Shown: positions 20,302 through 29,706 of the stretch, piece by piece
Position numbering within the stretch: the stretch's first letter is position 1
Layout of the letters: every line of letters starts with the position of its first letter
Sequence record: NC_023719.1
Length of the DNA: 64,000 nucleotides
Strand: one strand, 5' to 3'
Position numbers and translations under genes: made by a program
The notes under the pieces: model-generated
The model's input: the letters and a program-made list of their open reading frames with translations, nothing else
Databases searched by the model: none
Told to the model about the DNA's origin: nothing

Positions 20302-20405
20302 GAGATCTATTAAAAGTAAAGGAGTGTAATGCTTCTTTTTATTTAAAAAAACAATTTACAAATAGTTGGATATATGATATAATTAAATTATAAATAAGGA
20401 ATGGA

Positions 20406-20609
20406 GTGATACAAATGGAATTAAACGAAAAAGAAAAAATGTTGATAGAAGCTGTTAGAGAAATGGGAGAGGTACCAGTAAACGTTTTACTTTGGTATGT
20501 TGCTGGTTTAGAAGAAGCAGTGAAAACAGAAGTAGCAATTCATGGAAAAGAAGTTCGTGGTAATTCAAGAAATATAGAAATAGCGAGAAGCTATATGAGG
20601 TCGATGTAA
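20406..20609 (+). CDS. hypothetical protein
   Basis: Cassette ORF. Confidence 0.75.
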   Translation: MIQMELNEKEKMLIEAVREMGEVPVNVLLWYVAGLEEAVKTEVAIHGKEVRGNSRNIEIARSYMRSM

Positions 20610-20610
20610 T

Positions 20611-20763
20611 ATGAAAAAGTTAAATATAGAAGATAATTGGGAAAAAATATATAAAGCTGCTAATGAATTAGGGTTAACTGTAATAAGCGGCGTAAAAGAA
20701 GATGTAGTAAAAGATGTTAATAAAGAAATTGATAAAAAGATGTGGGAGGCGAAATGTGAGTAA
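20611..20763 (+). CDS. 50-aa protein resembling the family A N-terminal domain (not in track)
   Basis: IYKAANELGLTVISGVKEDVVKDVN. Confidence 0.55.
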   Translation: MKKLNIEDNWEKIYKAANELGLTVISGVKEDVVKDVNKEIDKKMWEAKCE

Positions 20764-20878
20764 CAGGGAAGAATATTTAGTGAGTAAAAATTTCGACAGA
20801 TTCTTCTTAGTTTTTCTTTTAGCTAGTAGTATTGGATTATTTGTAATTCTTCCTATATTAGTTATGCTTAGTAATTAA
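20756..20878 (+). CDS. 40-aa single-TM micropeptide (not in track)
   Basis: GGGAGG RBS; FFLVFLLASSIGLFVILPILVML. Confidence 0.6.
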   Translation: MSNREEYLVSKNFDRFFLVFLLASSIGLFVILPILVMLSN

Positions 20879-20898
20879 GTGATTGAAAGGATGATAAT

Positions 20899-21162
20899 AT
20901 GAGTAAACCTATCTTTACCTATCGAGAAACTAAAAACGTTGTTATTAAAATGTGTTTATCTTGTCGTCATGTACAAGAATTTCCTGAATCAAGAATTGAA
21001 TGCCCATCATGTAAGTTAGTTGGTCACATGGGTTTCTGGGATAAACCAGAAGGGTTTCAAAAATATGTAAGGTTAAATAAACCAACAGGTTTAAAAATAA
21101 TTGGAGAACATCTCCAGTATATTTATGATGAAGAAATGGGTAATGAATTGGAGGCAATTTAA
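20899..21162 (+). CDS. zinc-ribbon protein
   Basis: CLSC...CPSC. Confidence 0.75.
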   Translation: MSKPIFTYRETKNVVIKMCLSCRHVQEFPESRIECPSCKLVGHMGFWDKPEGFQKYVRLNKPTGLKIIGEHLQYIYDEEMGNELEAI

Positions 21163-21239
21163 ATTGCCTCTTTTTTATTTAAAAATAGTTTACATAACGC
21201 TATTGGTGTGATATAATTAATTTATAAGGTAATACTAAA

Positions 21240-21647
21240 TTGAAAGGATTGATGAGAATGGCAAAGGAATATTACAAATTTGGAAAGAAGCACTTCGAAT
21301 GGGAGTTAAGAAGTATGAGGTTAGGTGTAGTAACTGATATTACTGATGAGCTTCTAGATGAAGGAAAAAACATTTGGGAGAGAGTTTATTCTATTTCAAC
21401 TAAGAATAAGTCAGTAGATGTTATTGTTTTCTCTTCTATAGATATGAGAACAGATTTCGTAAGAGATCATGGAGCAGATATGGTGAGAGTAGTTCTCCGA
21501 TGGAAGACAAAACGTGGATATGTTTATAAGAAAGTCCAGCATAGAGAAAGAATTAAAACTTTATTTAATAACTTAAAAGTTACAATTGAAGGAGCACAGT
21601 CTCAAGTATTTGATTTAAGTTTTAGCGAGTTTTCAGAGGCGATATAA
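21240..21647 (+). CDS. hypothetical protein
   Basis: Cassette ORF; start may be ATG 21257. Confidence 0.8.
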   Translation: MKGLMRMAKEYYKFGKKHFEWELRSMRLGVVTDITDELLDEGKNIWERVYSISTKNKSVDVIVFSSIDMRTDFVRDHGADMVRVVLRWKTKRGYVYKKVQHRERIKTLFNNLKVTIEGAQSQVFDLSFSEFSEAI

Positions 21648-21677
21648 TTCGCCTCTTCTATAAAAGGGGGAATTTAA

Positions 21678-21968
21678 GTGATTACAATGCAAGACAAGAT
21701 TTTAAGTCATATTGATTCAGTTGCAAGAGATAATGGGTTTGAAGCAGTTGTTTCGGACAGTGGAAATCGTGATGGTACAATATATATTATGGATGGCATC
21801 AAAACAATTTTAACTATTTCTTTTAAGTTTAATATATCAGATTGTTACTTAAGAAGTTTTGTGTTAAATAACTATAATGCTAATTTAGATTATGAAGATT
21901 CAATTGGGTTTAGTAATTTATTTGATTATCTCGATGTGTATTTACGTAAATTTCCATCTAATTTCTAA
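21678..21968 (+). CDS. hypothetical protein, paralog of 22649
   Basis: MQDKILSHID...FEA shared with 22649. Confidence 0.85.
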   Translation: MITMQDKILSHIDSVARDNGFEAVVSDSGNRDGTIYIMDGIKTILTISFKFNISDCYLRSFVLNNYNANLDYEDSIGFSNLFDYLDVYLRKFPSNF

Positions 21969-22039
21969 TTTATAAAAACAGTTTACAAATAATTAATTAT
22001 ATGGTATAATTAAATTATAAATAAATAAGGAGTGGTTAA

Positions 22040-22558
22040 ATGGAATTTACTATTGAAGTAGAAAATGTTGAACAATTAGGGTTAAATAAAACTAAAAGGA
22101 ATTATTTAATATTTGCTTTTATAAATAATGAAAAAGTTGGATATTTACGTTTTGAAGATCAAACAAATTGTGACTTATCTTTTTATGGTGGAGAAGATAA
22201 AGTAGTAAGTAGAATTATTTATTTAGCTATGGTAAATGTTCACCCTAATCACAAACAAAAAGGTATAGGTATGGAATTATATAAAGAGTTTGGTAAGTAT
22301 TACAAGCAAAACTTTAATGGTGTACCTGTACTTCACTTGTTTAATAATTCAATTGCGGATTATATGTTCCGTAAGTCTGTTGCAAGTGATGATATTCCAA
22401 TAGAAGCATATAATGAAGAGTATTTTTATAAAGATGATATGAGTGAGGAAAACAATATTAATTGGAGAAACTTAAGAGAAAAACTTCCAAAACAATTCCA
22501 AGGAAGCGCAATAGATTGGGATTATGAAGCTCTTTATGGAGAAGAAGTAGAGGGGTAA
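22040..22558 (+). CDS. GNAT-family acetyltransferase, homolog of the repeats in 50887
   Basis: VGYLRF, VNVHPNHKQKGIGMELYKEFG, FNNSIADYMFRK. Confidence 0.8.
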   Translation: MEFTIEVENVEQLGLNKTKRNYLIFAFINNEKVGYLRFEDQTNCDLSFYGGEDKVVSRIIYLAMVNVHPNHKQKGIGMELYKEFGKYYKQNFNGVPVLHLFNNSIADYMFRKSVASDDIPIEAYNEEYFYKDDMSEENNINWRNLREKLPKQFQGSAIDWDYEALYGEEVEG

Positions 22559-22648
22559 ATCCCTCTCTTTTTTTTTTATAAAAACAGTTTACATAATGCT
22601 AGTTATGTGATATAATAAATATATAAATAAGGAATGGAGTGGTTTTAA

Positions 22649-22969
22649 ATGATGAAAATGCAAGATAAGATTTTAAATCATATTGATAAAATAGCAAGTG
22701 ACAATAGTTTTGAAGCAACTATTTCATATTCTGCTTCTAATGTAGGTAAAGTATTCATTATAGATGATTATTTTAAAAGTGTTTTAATTATTTCATTTAA
22801 TTTCCAAACACAATATTGTACAATAACAAGTACTGATTGTGCTGAAGTGGCTAAACCAAATTGTAGCAATAGTTATTTAGAATATAAAAATTCAGATGAG
22901 CTTAATCGTTTGTTTGATAACATTGGTCAATACTTGCACAAAGTTTATTGGTCAAGTAATATGGAATAG
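22649..22969 (+). CDS. hypothetical protein, paralog of 21678
   Basis: MQDKILNHID...FEA. Confidence 0.85.
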   Translation: MMKMQDKILNHIDKIASDNSFEATISYSASNVGKVFIIDDYFKSVLIISFNFQTQYCTITSTDCAEVAKPNCSNSYLEYKNSDELNRLFDNIGQYLHKVYWSSNME

Positions 22970-23055
22970 AGGGATTAATTTCCCTCTAATTTTTAAAAAA
23001 TAGTTTACATAATATTGTTAATGTGGTATAATAAATATATAAATAAGGAAATGGA

Positions 23056-23388
23056 GTGTTAGTAATGACATTAATTACAAACGAAATTAAAGAAAAGATT
23101 GAACAATTAGTGATAAGTAAAAAACAAGCTAGACGTCTCGCTTATACTGTACAGGAAACAGAAAAGTATATTGAACGAAATGAACGAGGATTAGCGGGGG
23201 CTAAAGAAGCACTTGAAGAGTTAGAAAAACACGATAATAAATTCCCAATAGGAATAGGTTTAATGTCGGGTCAAATAGAAGAGTTTAGTAATGCTTTAAA
23301 ACATAACAAATTTGAAAGAGATAGAGCTTTTCAATATTTAACAAATATCCTTAATAAAGGGGAAAATTTCGTACATAAGGCAGAGTGA
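23056..23388 (+). CDS. coiled-coil hypothetical protein
   Basis: Cassette ORF. Confidence 0.8.
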   Translation: MLVMTLITNEIKEKIEQLVISKKQARRLAYTVQETEKYIERNERGLAGAKEALEELEKHDNKFPIGIGLMSGQIEEFSNALKHNKFERDRAFQYLTNILNKGENFVHKAE

Positions 23389-23455
23389 TCTGCCTTTTTT
23401 ATTTGTTTGGATATTTTCAGTTTACATCAGATAAATGGTATGATATAATGTAAAT

Positions 23456-23878
23456 ATAAATAAAGGAATGAAGATTTAAGAACTGACAGAGTCACAGGGT
23501 GATTCTAATAAGGAATCAAATAGTTGATTATTTACTAGAGGTATAACCCTCAATTTGATGTTTACTCCCATCAAAAAAATTTTCTTTTTTCTTTCTTTCT
23601 TGTCACATGGAACTTGTATCTATTCATGGAGATACAATGAAACTCTGAGTTGATGGTTTAAAGAGTTTCGAAGTTTATCTTGAGCATTAGACTTTTTCTA
23701 ATGTTGAATATAAACTACTCTTTAGATCAAGTGGTTTATGCACTATCACTTCCTCTAATTTATTTACCTTATATGGAGCCCTCATCTAAGAACGTTATGG
23801 AGATGAGCAGTAAGTTTGGCAGATGCGGTTTTGGAACTTACACTAAAAGAGATATCTTAAATGATATCTCTTTTTTTA
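23456..23878 (+). ncRNA. candidate multi-hairpin sRNA from its own early promoter
   Basis: Promoter 23421-23449, no RBS-led ORF, about 10 consecutive stems, terminator 23847-23878. Confidence 0.6.
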
Positions 23879-23968
23879 TTTTGTTTAAAAATATTGTTTA
23901 CGTGATTCGATTTTTATGATATAATGTAAATATAAGGAATACCATAAAAAATCGAGGAGGTACCAGAA

Positions 23969-24526
23969 ATGGGACAAGTAAAAAAACAATTAAGAAGCGA
24001 TGCATGGACAGAGAAAGATGATAAATATTTAGTAGAAACAGTAATTAAATTTGTGCAGCACGGTTTCCCTCAATTAAGAGCTTTTGATGAAGCAGCTGCG
24101 AAATTAAAAAGAACACCATATGCGTGTGGGTATCGTTTCAATCAATTCTTAAGAAAAGAATATGCTGAGGAAATTGAAGCAGCAAAATCAATCGCGCTTA
24201 AAAATAAACAAAGTGTTGTTAAGACTGCCACTTTTGTTCCAGAAGTTACAAACGTACCAAAAGTAGGATCAATTGGAAAAAGTGATATAAGTGATCAAAT
24301 CTCAGTTATTATAGAAGGTGTTCAGCAATTAGAAAATCTTGTTACAGATTTAGAAGTTAGTACCAAGCAAAACGAGCACTTAGCAGTTGAAAATAAAGAA
24401 CTAAAAGAAGAAAATGCTGGGTTAAAAAATGATAAGGAAATCTTATTAGAAGAAAATAAGCAACTAAGAGACAGAGTACAAGACTTCGAAAGCGTATTGA
24501 TGCAACTTAAATCACTTAATTTCTAA
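23969..24526 (+). CDS. rsfA: RsfA-family sporulation transcriptional regulator
   Basis: RSDAWTEKDD..L.ETV...QLRAFDEAAAKLKRT..ACGYRFN..LRK; coiled-coil tail. Confidence 0.85.
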   Translation: MGQVKKQLRSDAWTEKDDKYLVETVIKFVQHGFPQLRAFDEAAAKLKRTPYACGYRFNQFLRKEYAEEIEAAKSIALKNKQSVVKTATFVPEVTNVPKVGSIGKSDISDQISVIIEGVQQLENLVTDLEVSTKQNEHLAVENKELKEENAGLKNDKEILLEENKQLRDRVQDFESVLMQLKSLNF

Positions 24527-24537
24527 GGAGTCTATAT

Positions 24538-24936
24538 ATGGGAAAAGTTAAAGTAATGGCCAAGCGAGTAAGGGTAGAATATACTTTGTATGGTAGTCGC
24601 GATGAGGTTTATGCTGGCAAGTACCATAATGAAGCAGGAGAAAAGGTGCTTTGGGAGGGTGAATTAGATTTTACGCTCCAAAAATATGAACATTTGTATA
24701 TTAAAGAATTAGATCTAGAAGTACAGATAAAAGAAATATCTAAACAAACAGATGGCATTGTTTATTATACTAATGTTACTGAAGAGTTTGAGGATGAGAG
24801 AACAGAAGAGAGTAGAATTGAAGCTGAAAGAGACGCTAAGAATCATAATCTTTGGATTCAAGAAAAGAAAGAAGCGCTTAAAGAAGAGCGTTTAATGAAT
24901 AGAATTAAAAAGAAAATCAAAAATTTATTTTCTTAG
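24538..24936 (+). CDS. hypothetical protein
   Basis: AAGGAG RBS; operon. Confidence 0.8.
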   Translation: MGKVKVMAKRVRVEYTLYGSRDEVYAGKYHNEAGEKVLWEGELDFTLQKYEHLYIKELDLEVQIKEISKQTDGIVYYTNVTEEFEDERTEESRIEAERDAKNHNLWIQEKKEALKEERLMNRIKKKIKNLFS

Positions 24937-25010
24937 AAGTCTTATTAAATATTAGAGTTTGATTTTTTTCAAACTCTTTTTTATTTTGACACTGAAAGTG
25001 AGCGATTAGC

Positions 25011-25538
25011 ATGGAAAAAAGAGTAAATAAGTTTTCAAAAGATCCAACAAAAATAAGATTGTATTTACTTATAGGTTTGTTAATGGTTCTTATTGCTTCA
25101 TTAGTATTGATTTTCATGGTAGAAAATGTATTAGATGATACAACAGTTGCTGTAGATACAGAAGCTCAAAAGACTTTAGATAAAGCGTATGAAGATAAAT
25201 CATATATGAGTTTCAATGTAACTGAAGAAGACTTTCAAAATATGTTACATAAGATGACACATCAAAAAGTTATAGCAACATTAAAGTATGGATCTATTAA
25301 ATTGACTGAAAAGAATGTTAAGGGTATGCTAGTTATTTTAGATCAAAATGAATATAAGCATGAAGATTTATATAGAGAAATTTTAAATGAGTGGGAAGAA
25401 AATGATTTTAGTAATATAATTGAAAATCATAATGATGTTTGGGAATTACTTGGAGAACCTGATGGAAAAGCAATATCAAAAGCAAGTGGAAGTAAAGAAA
25501 GAAAATTCATAGAGAAGAACTTTAAACAGAATGATTAA
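25011..25538 (+). CDS. DUF6241-like membrane-anchored protein
   Basis: N-terminal TM; LHKMTHQKV...KYG...HNDVWELLG..GKA. Confidence 0.75.
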   Translation: MEKRVNKFSKDPTKIRLYLLIGLLMVLIASLVLIFMVENVLDDTTVAVDTEAQKTLDKAYEDKSYMSFNVTEEDFQNMLHKMTHQKVIATLKYGSIKLTEKNVKGMLVILDQNEYKHEDLYREILNEWEENDFSNIIENHNDVWELLGEPDGKAISKASGSKERKFIEKNFKQND

Positions 25539-25850
25539 TTCATTCTGTTTTTAATTTTTTAAGGATATATAAAATAATACAAAAATACATACAAAATCAC
25601 CCTGTGATTAAAGTGAATCACTAAAGAATAATCTATTTATAATAGGAAAAAATAAAAAATTTAGTAAAATAGAATACAGTGCACAGCACTTATCTTTATA
25701 TATTTCTTTTATATATTATCTATAATATTAATTATATTTATAGCTGCACACTTTGAATCAAACTGCACCTTTTGAATTAGTTTTTATAAAAACAGTTTAC
25801 AAACTATACTAATGATGATATAATGTATATATAAGGAAGGAGAATACAAA

Positions 25851-25940
25851 ATGGAAATAGAAATAATGTTCGTTGTTATGTTTGTTTTGCTTTTTACCTT
25901 AGTTGGTTTTGTTATAGATGGAATAAAAAATGGAAAGTGA
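25851..25940 (+). CDS. 29-aa single-TM micropeptide (not in track)
   Basis: Promoter + AGGAG RBS; MEIEIMFVVMFVLLFTLVGFVIDGIKNGK. Confidence 0.65.
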   Translation: MEIEIMFVVMFVLLFTLVGFVIDGIKNGK

Positions 25941-26189
25941 GTGATTGTTATGCATAATGTAGAAATGGAAACAATTGAAATTAAGTATGTTGAACATGAA
26001 GGGAATGAACTTTTAGATTTCTTAAGGGCTTATACAGAAGATGAAGAAGTACAGGGCAATACTAAAATTGTCAAGTATGAAGTTCCTTCATCTTGGATTG
26101 AGAAAGTAATCAAGCCTTTTATTGAATCATATAATGAAATGGCGAGTATTAACGAGTCAAGCGCTAAAATCATTTTAGATCTCCCTTAA
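25941..26189 (+). CDS. hypothetical protein
   Basis: Operon ORF. Confidence 0.75.
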   Translation: MIVMHNVEMETIEIKYVEHEGNELLDFLRAYTEDEEVQGNTKIVKYEVPSSWIEKVIKPFIESYNEMASINESSAKIILDLP

Positions 26190-26287
26190 AAAGGAGATCT
26201 TTTTTAAAAAAATAGTAACATAATTGGCCGATACATAATATAATAAATATATAAGGAAATAAAAATTAAAAACGAAGGGAAGATGGA

Positions 26288-26743
26288 ATGAAAATCGAAA
26301 TTAAATTATTTGAGCCAAGAGGTATTACGAAAAATGGTGATGATTTAAGTTTCGTGTTAGACCCACATAATTTTAAAGTAGCTTTTAATGAATATAAAGA
26401 GCAATTTGTATTAATAGAAGGCAAGCGTTTTACAGTTAATCTTAATGACTATCAAATAGCAGGTAGAAATGATAAGTTAATGTTATGTAATAGTACTTTA
26501 CACGCGGTAGAGATTTCATTGGCAAGATTAATTGATTGTTCAAATATAGTAGATCACTTAGTAAAGTTTTTAATGGAGTATAATAGTTGTGTACCCGCAA
26601 AAGAAATAAGTGAATTAGTACAAGAAATGGAACTTATGAATATTAATCGTTTAATAGATGGTTCATTATTATTGAAAGATAAGAAAAAGTTTTATGAGTT
26701 AATTGAATATAAAAACAACTTATTAGGTAAGCAGGAAGTTTGA
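26288..26743 (+). CDS. protein with C-terminal IDEAL-like domain
   Basis: NRLIDGSLLLKDKKKFYEL. Confidence 0.65.
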   Translation: MKIEIKLFEPRGITKNGDDLSFVLDPHNFKVAFNEYKEQFVLIEGKRFTVNLNDYQIAGRNDKLMLCNSTLHAVEISLARLIDCSNIVDHLVKFLMEYNSCVPAKEISELVQEMELMNINRLIDGSLLLKDKKKFYELIEYKNNLLGKQEV

Positions 26744-26820
26744 AACGGGATTCCCACTGTTTTAAAAAGAGTAGCTAATTATAATATAATATATAAATAA
26801 CAAGATACAGAGGTAATGAT

Positions 26821-27018
26821 ATGAAGACAAAACTAATTAAGATAAGCACATCACAGTGGGAAGTACATAATAAAGAAAATGGTAAAATAGCTAATATAGA
26901 ACAAGTTTTTCATAATCATGGTAGTTCTTATCAAGTAGAGATTGATGGAGAATTAGAGGCTAAGAATTTAACAAACTTTCATCAAGCTAAAAGAAAAGCT
27001 GTACAACTTATTAAATAA
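26821..27018 (+). CDS. hypothetical protein
   Basis: GAGG RBS; terminator. Confidence 0.75.
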   Translation: MKTKLIKISTSQWEVHNKENGKIANIEQVFHNHGSSYQVEIDGELEAKNLTNFHQAKRKAVQLIK

Positions 27019-27117
27019 GAGAGGGATTTATTCCTTCTCTTTTTATTAAAAAATTGTTTACAATTACATAGAATTTGATATAATATATATATAAGGAGAA
27101 TACAAAGGAGGTTCATT

Positions 27118-27573
27118 ATGATTACGATTCAGTATATGAAACCATTTTATCAAAAAGTTAGTGCTAATGGAGAAACGTTAAGGCTTGTTTTCGCTTTTCA
27201 GTATTTCTCTATTTCAAAAGATCAAGAGATATTTCATTTTATCCCTATTGAAGGTAAAGAAGTAATTATTGATTTAAAGCAAAGAACAATTAAAAATATG
27301 TCTGAAGTCTTTGTTTTCCAAAAGGGTAATAGATTTATTAGATTACCTTTGTATCAATTAGCTTTGATTTCTAATTTTGATGAAATGTTAAGTGAGTTTA
27401 TTGATAAACATGAACCTAAAATTAATAAAATTGAAGTTACAAGAGAAGAAGCGAGTGAGTTGATGATTCAACTTGAAAATGCTAATATTGATAACTTAAT
27501 TGATATCGCTTTAGATAACAAAGACGAAGAAGCTTTTTATACTTTAGTGGCTCAAAAACAAAAGGGAGAATAA
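27118..27573 (+). CDS. IDEAL domain protein, host-like
   Basis: MKPFY..LRLVFAFQYFSI..VFQKGNRFIRLPLYQL; LIDIALDNKDEEAFYTL. Confidence 0.8.
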   Translation: MITIQYMKPFYQKVSANGETLRLVFAFQYFSISKDQEIFHFIPIEGKEVIIDLKQRTIKNMSEVFVFQKGNRFIRLPLYQLALISNFDEMLSEFIDKHEPKINKIEVTREEASELMIQLENANIDNLIDIALDNKDEEAFYTLVAQKQKGE

Positions 27574-27661
27574 TTTCTCCTCTTTTTTATTTAAAAACAG
27601 TTTACAAAGTACTAACCTTTTGATATAATATATATATAAGGTATTAAATATTATTGAAGGA

Positions 27662-28165
27662 GTGTTGAGTATGAATTATTGTAAAGTATTAGTAAAACCT
27701 TTCATGGTTAAGAAGCCTGGTGGAATGCCAATGAGAACGATGTTTGGAACAATTGTTAACGAGACAGCGAAAGCAATCCAAGTAAAGTTATATTGCAAAC
27801 CAGAGAAAAGCAGCGTATGTTTACATTGTAATCGTAAGTTAACACACCCTATTAGTAAGCTTTATGGACTTGGTCCAATATGCGGGCAGCATTATTACAT
27901 TGCTCCATTCCAATCTGAGGAAGCGTTGGAAGAAGGGTATAATGAATTAGATTCAAAACTTAAATCTATTACTTGGGAAGGTTGGATTCCAAAATCTCTA
28001 ATAATGGATTTAGAAAGACTAGAAGATTCAGCTGTGGAAGAACAAAGATTTGAAGTATCGTTTAAGTTTGATGGTCAATTATATAAGTCTGTTGTTGGAA
28101 AAGAAAACTTAAATAAAATTAGACATCATTCAGAAGAGATTGTGGAATTAGTGCAAATAAGTTAA
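27662..28165 (+). CDS. DUF6011-like zinc-binding protein
   Basis: CLHCNRKLTHPISKLYGLGPICG. Confidence 0.75.
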   Translation: MLSMNYCKVLVKPFMVKKPGGMPMRTMFGTIVNETAKAIQVKLYCKPEKSSVCLHCNRKLTHPISKLYGLGPICGQHYYIAPFQSEEALEEGYNELDSKLKSITWEGWIPKSLIMDLERLEDSAVEEQRFEVSFKFDGQLYKSVVGKENLNKIRHHSEEIVELVQIS

Positions 28166-28262
28166 GGGGGAGAAATAATCTCCCTTTTTTATTTGAAAAC
28201 AGTTTACAAAGTCAAGATATGTGATATAATTAATATATAACCAATACTAAAGGGGAAACCAA

Positions 28263-28370
28263 ATGGGTATATTGAAACTTATAATGGATGGATTTAATCT
28301 TGTATTTAGAGTGGTCGGATTTATTACTTTCATAATTATTCTTGTAGCATTATATTACTTATTTACTTAA
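28263..28370 (+). CDS. 35-aa TM micropeptide (not in track)
   Basis: Promoter + GGGG RBS; VFRVVGFITFIIILVALYYLF. Confidence 0.6.
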   Translation: MGILKLIMDGFNLVFRVVGFITFIIILVALYYLFT

Positions 28371-28382
28371 GGAGAGATATTG

Positions 28383-28466
28383 ATGAAAAACAACAATGAC
28401 GATTCATTGCTTTTGATTACGTGTATGATATTAATGGTTTTAGTAGTTATTCTAGCAATGTTTTAA
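28383..28466 (+). CDS. 27-aa TM micropeptide (not in track)
   Basis: AAGGAG RBS; LLLITCMILMVLVVILAMF. Confidence 0.6.
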   Translation: MKNNNDDSLLLITCMILMVLVVILAMF

Positions 28467-28554
28467 AAAATAGTTTACAAATAGTGATAGCTATGATATA
28501 ATTAAATCATAAGGAATAGGAAATAATAATAAAAACAGATTAGGAGTGGTTTAA

Positions 28555-28773
28555 ATGAAGAATTTTGTTAAGTTCGCAATTTTAGCAGTTATGATGGCGG
28601 TAGTGATTAATCAATTATTTGTATCAGCTGAAAGTAATACTGAAGAAGAATATAAACATGCTTATTCATCAAACGCTCAAATCAAGCAAGATAGACTGGA
28701 TGAAATCCTAGAAGATGGAATCATTGATCATACAGAAGAAGCTGAATATAAAGAATTAACAAAAGACTTCTAA
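28555..28773 (+). CDS. small secreted or membrane-anchored protein
   Basis: Signal-peptide-like N-terminus. Confidence 0.75.
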   Translation: MKNFVKFAILAVMMAVVINQLFVSAESNTEEEYKHAYSSNAQIKQDRLDEILEDGIIDHTEEAEYKELTKDF

Positions 28774-28790
28774 AAGGAGTCTTTTTTTAT

Positions 28791-28862
28791 GTCACCAGAG
28801 ATTGGTTCAGGTGAATCAAAATTTATTAAATAATATATATCTATTATTCGTTGTTTCTGAAA
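28791..28862. repeat. Dispersed inverted-repeat element, copy 9
   Basis: 26 bp identical to 9171-9196. Confidence 0.85.
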
Positions 28863-28917
28863 AACAATTTACAAATAGGGAAAAACGTGGTATAATATAT
28901 ATATAAGGAGTGATAAT

Positions 28918-29223
28918 ATGTTAGAAGGATACAATGAAAAGGAACTTCTTAGTATATTTGTTGATTATTTATATTCTCAGTCATCACAGTGTGATTTTAA
29001 ATTAGAATTAAATAGTTTATATATGGTCGGTAGTAGAGTGACTCAGACAAATAGAAATGATAGTGATTTAGATATAATATTGGTTTATTCTAATTCAATT
29101 AAAGATTATGTAATGCATGAAATATTAAATGAAGAGCTATTGTACGTAGATGGGATAAGAATAGACTTTATTCCATATAAAGATAGAGTTGAATTAAATG
29201 GAAAGTATATACGATTACTATAG
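28918..29223 (+). CDS. minimal nucleotidyltransferase (Pol-beta superfamily)
   Basis: LYMVGSR, DSDLDI, RIDF. Confidence 0.8.
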   Translation: MLEGYNEKELLSIFVDYLYSQSSQCDFKLELNSLYMVGSRVTQTNRNDSDLDIILVYSNSIKDYVMHEILNEELLYVDGIRIDFIPYKDRVELNGKYIRLL

Positions 29224-29236
29224 AGGAGTGATAAAG

Positions 29237-29650
29237 ATGAGGCTAAACGTTAGAAGAAGACATAAACCAGATATAATTGAACAGAGAAAAGCAGAGAATT
29301 TAAAAAGAAAAGATGAAGTTGATAAAGTAGAAGAGCTTATATCTAATGCGTTTTTAATGAAAGCTTTAGTTAATGGTTGGGAACTTAAAATTAATAAGCC
29401 ATCTCACTATGCAGTCCCTGTAATAGAAGTTGAAGTTAATGGTAAACTAATTCTTGACATAACGTTTAAGCAACAAGAGATAAGTGAGATATGGGCAGAA
29501 ATAACAATGTCTCACCTTGAGTATAAAGAGAAATTTGAAGAATTTAATTATCGTTATAGTAGCAGTTATTGTTTAAAGAATGATACTCAAATAACTAAGT
29601 TTATGGATATTATGGCTGAGTGCTATGAACATTATGTAACAACTTTATAA
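29237..29650 (+). CDS. hypothetical protein
   Basis: Track 29198; likely ATG 29237 after GAGGAG. Confidence 0.75.
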   Translation: MRLNVRRRHKPDIIEQRKAENLKRKDEVDKVEELISNAFLMKALVNGWELKINKPSHYAVPVIEVEVNGKLILDITFKQQEISEIWAEITMSHLEYKEKFEEFNYRYSSSYCLKNDTQITKFMDIMAECYEHYVTTL

Positions 29651-29706
29651 AAATAGTTTACAAATAGCCACTACTATGATATAATTAAATTATAAATAAT
29701 AAAGGA

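Noticed and set aside
23680-23919. Track ORF of 79 aa
   Set aside because: No RBS; it crosses a terminator and the next promoter.
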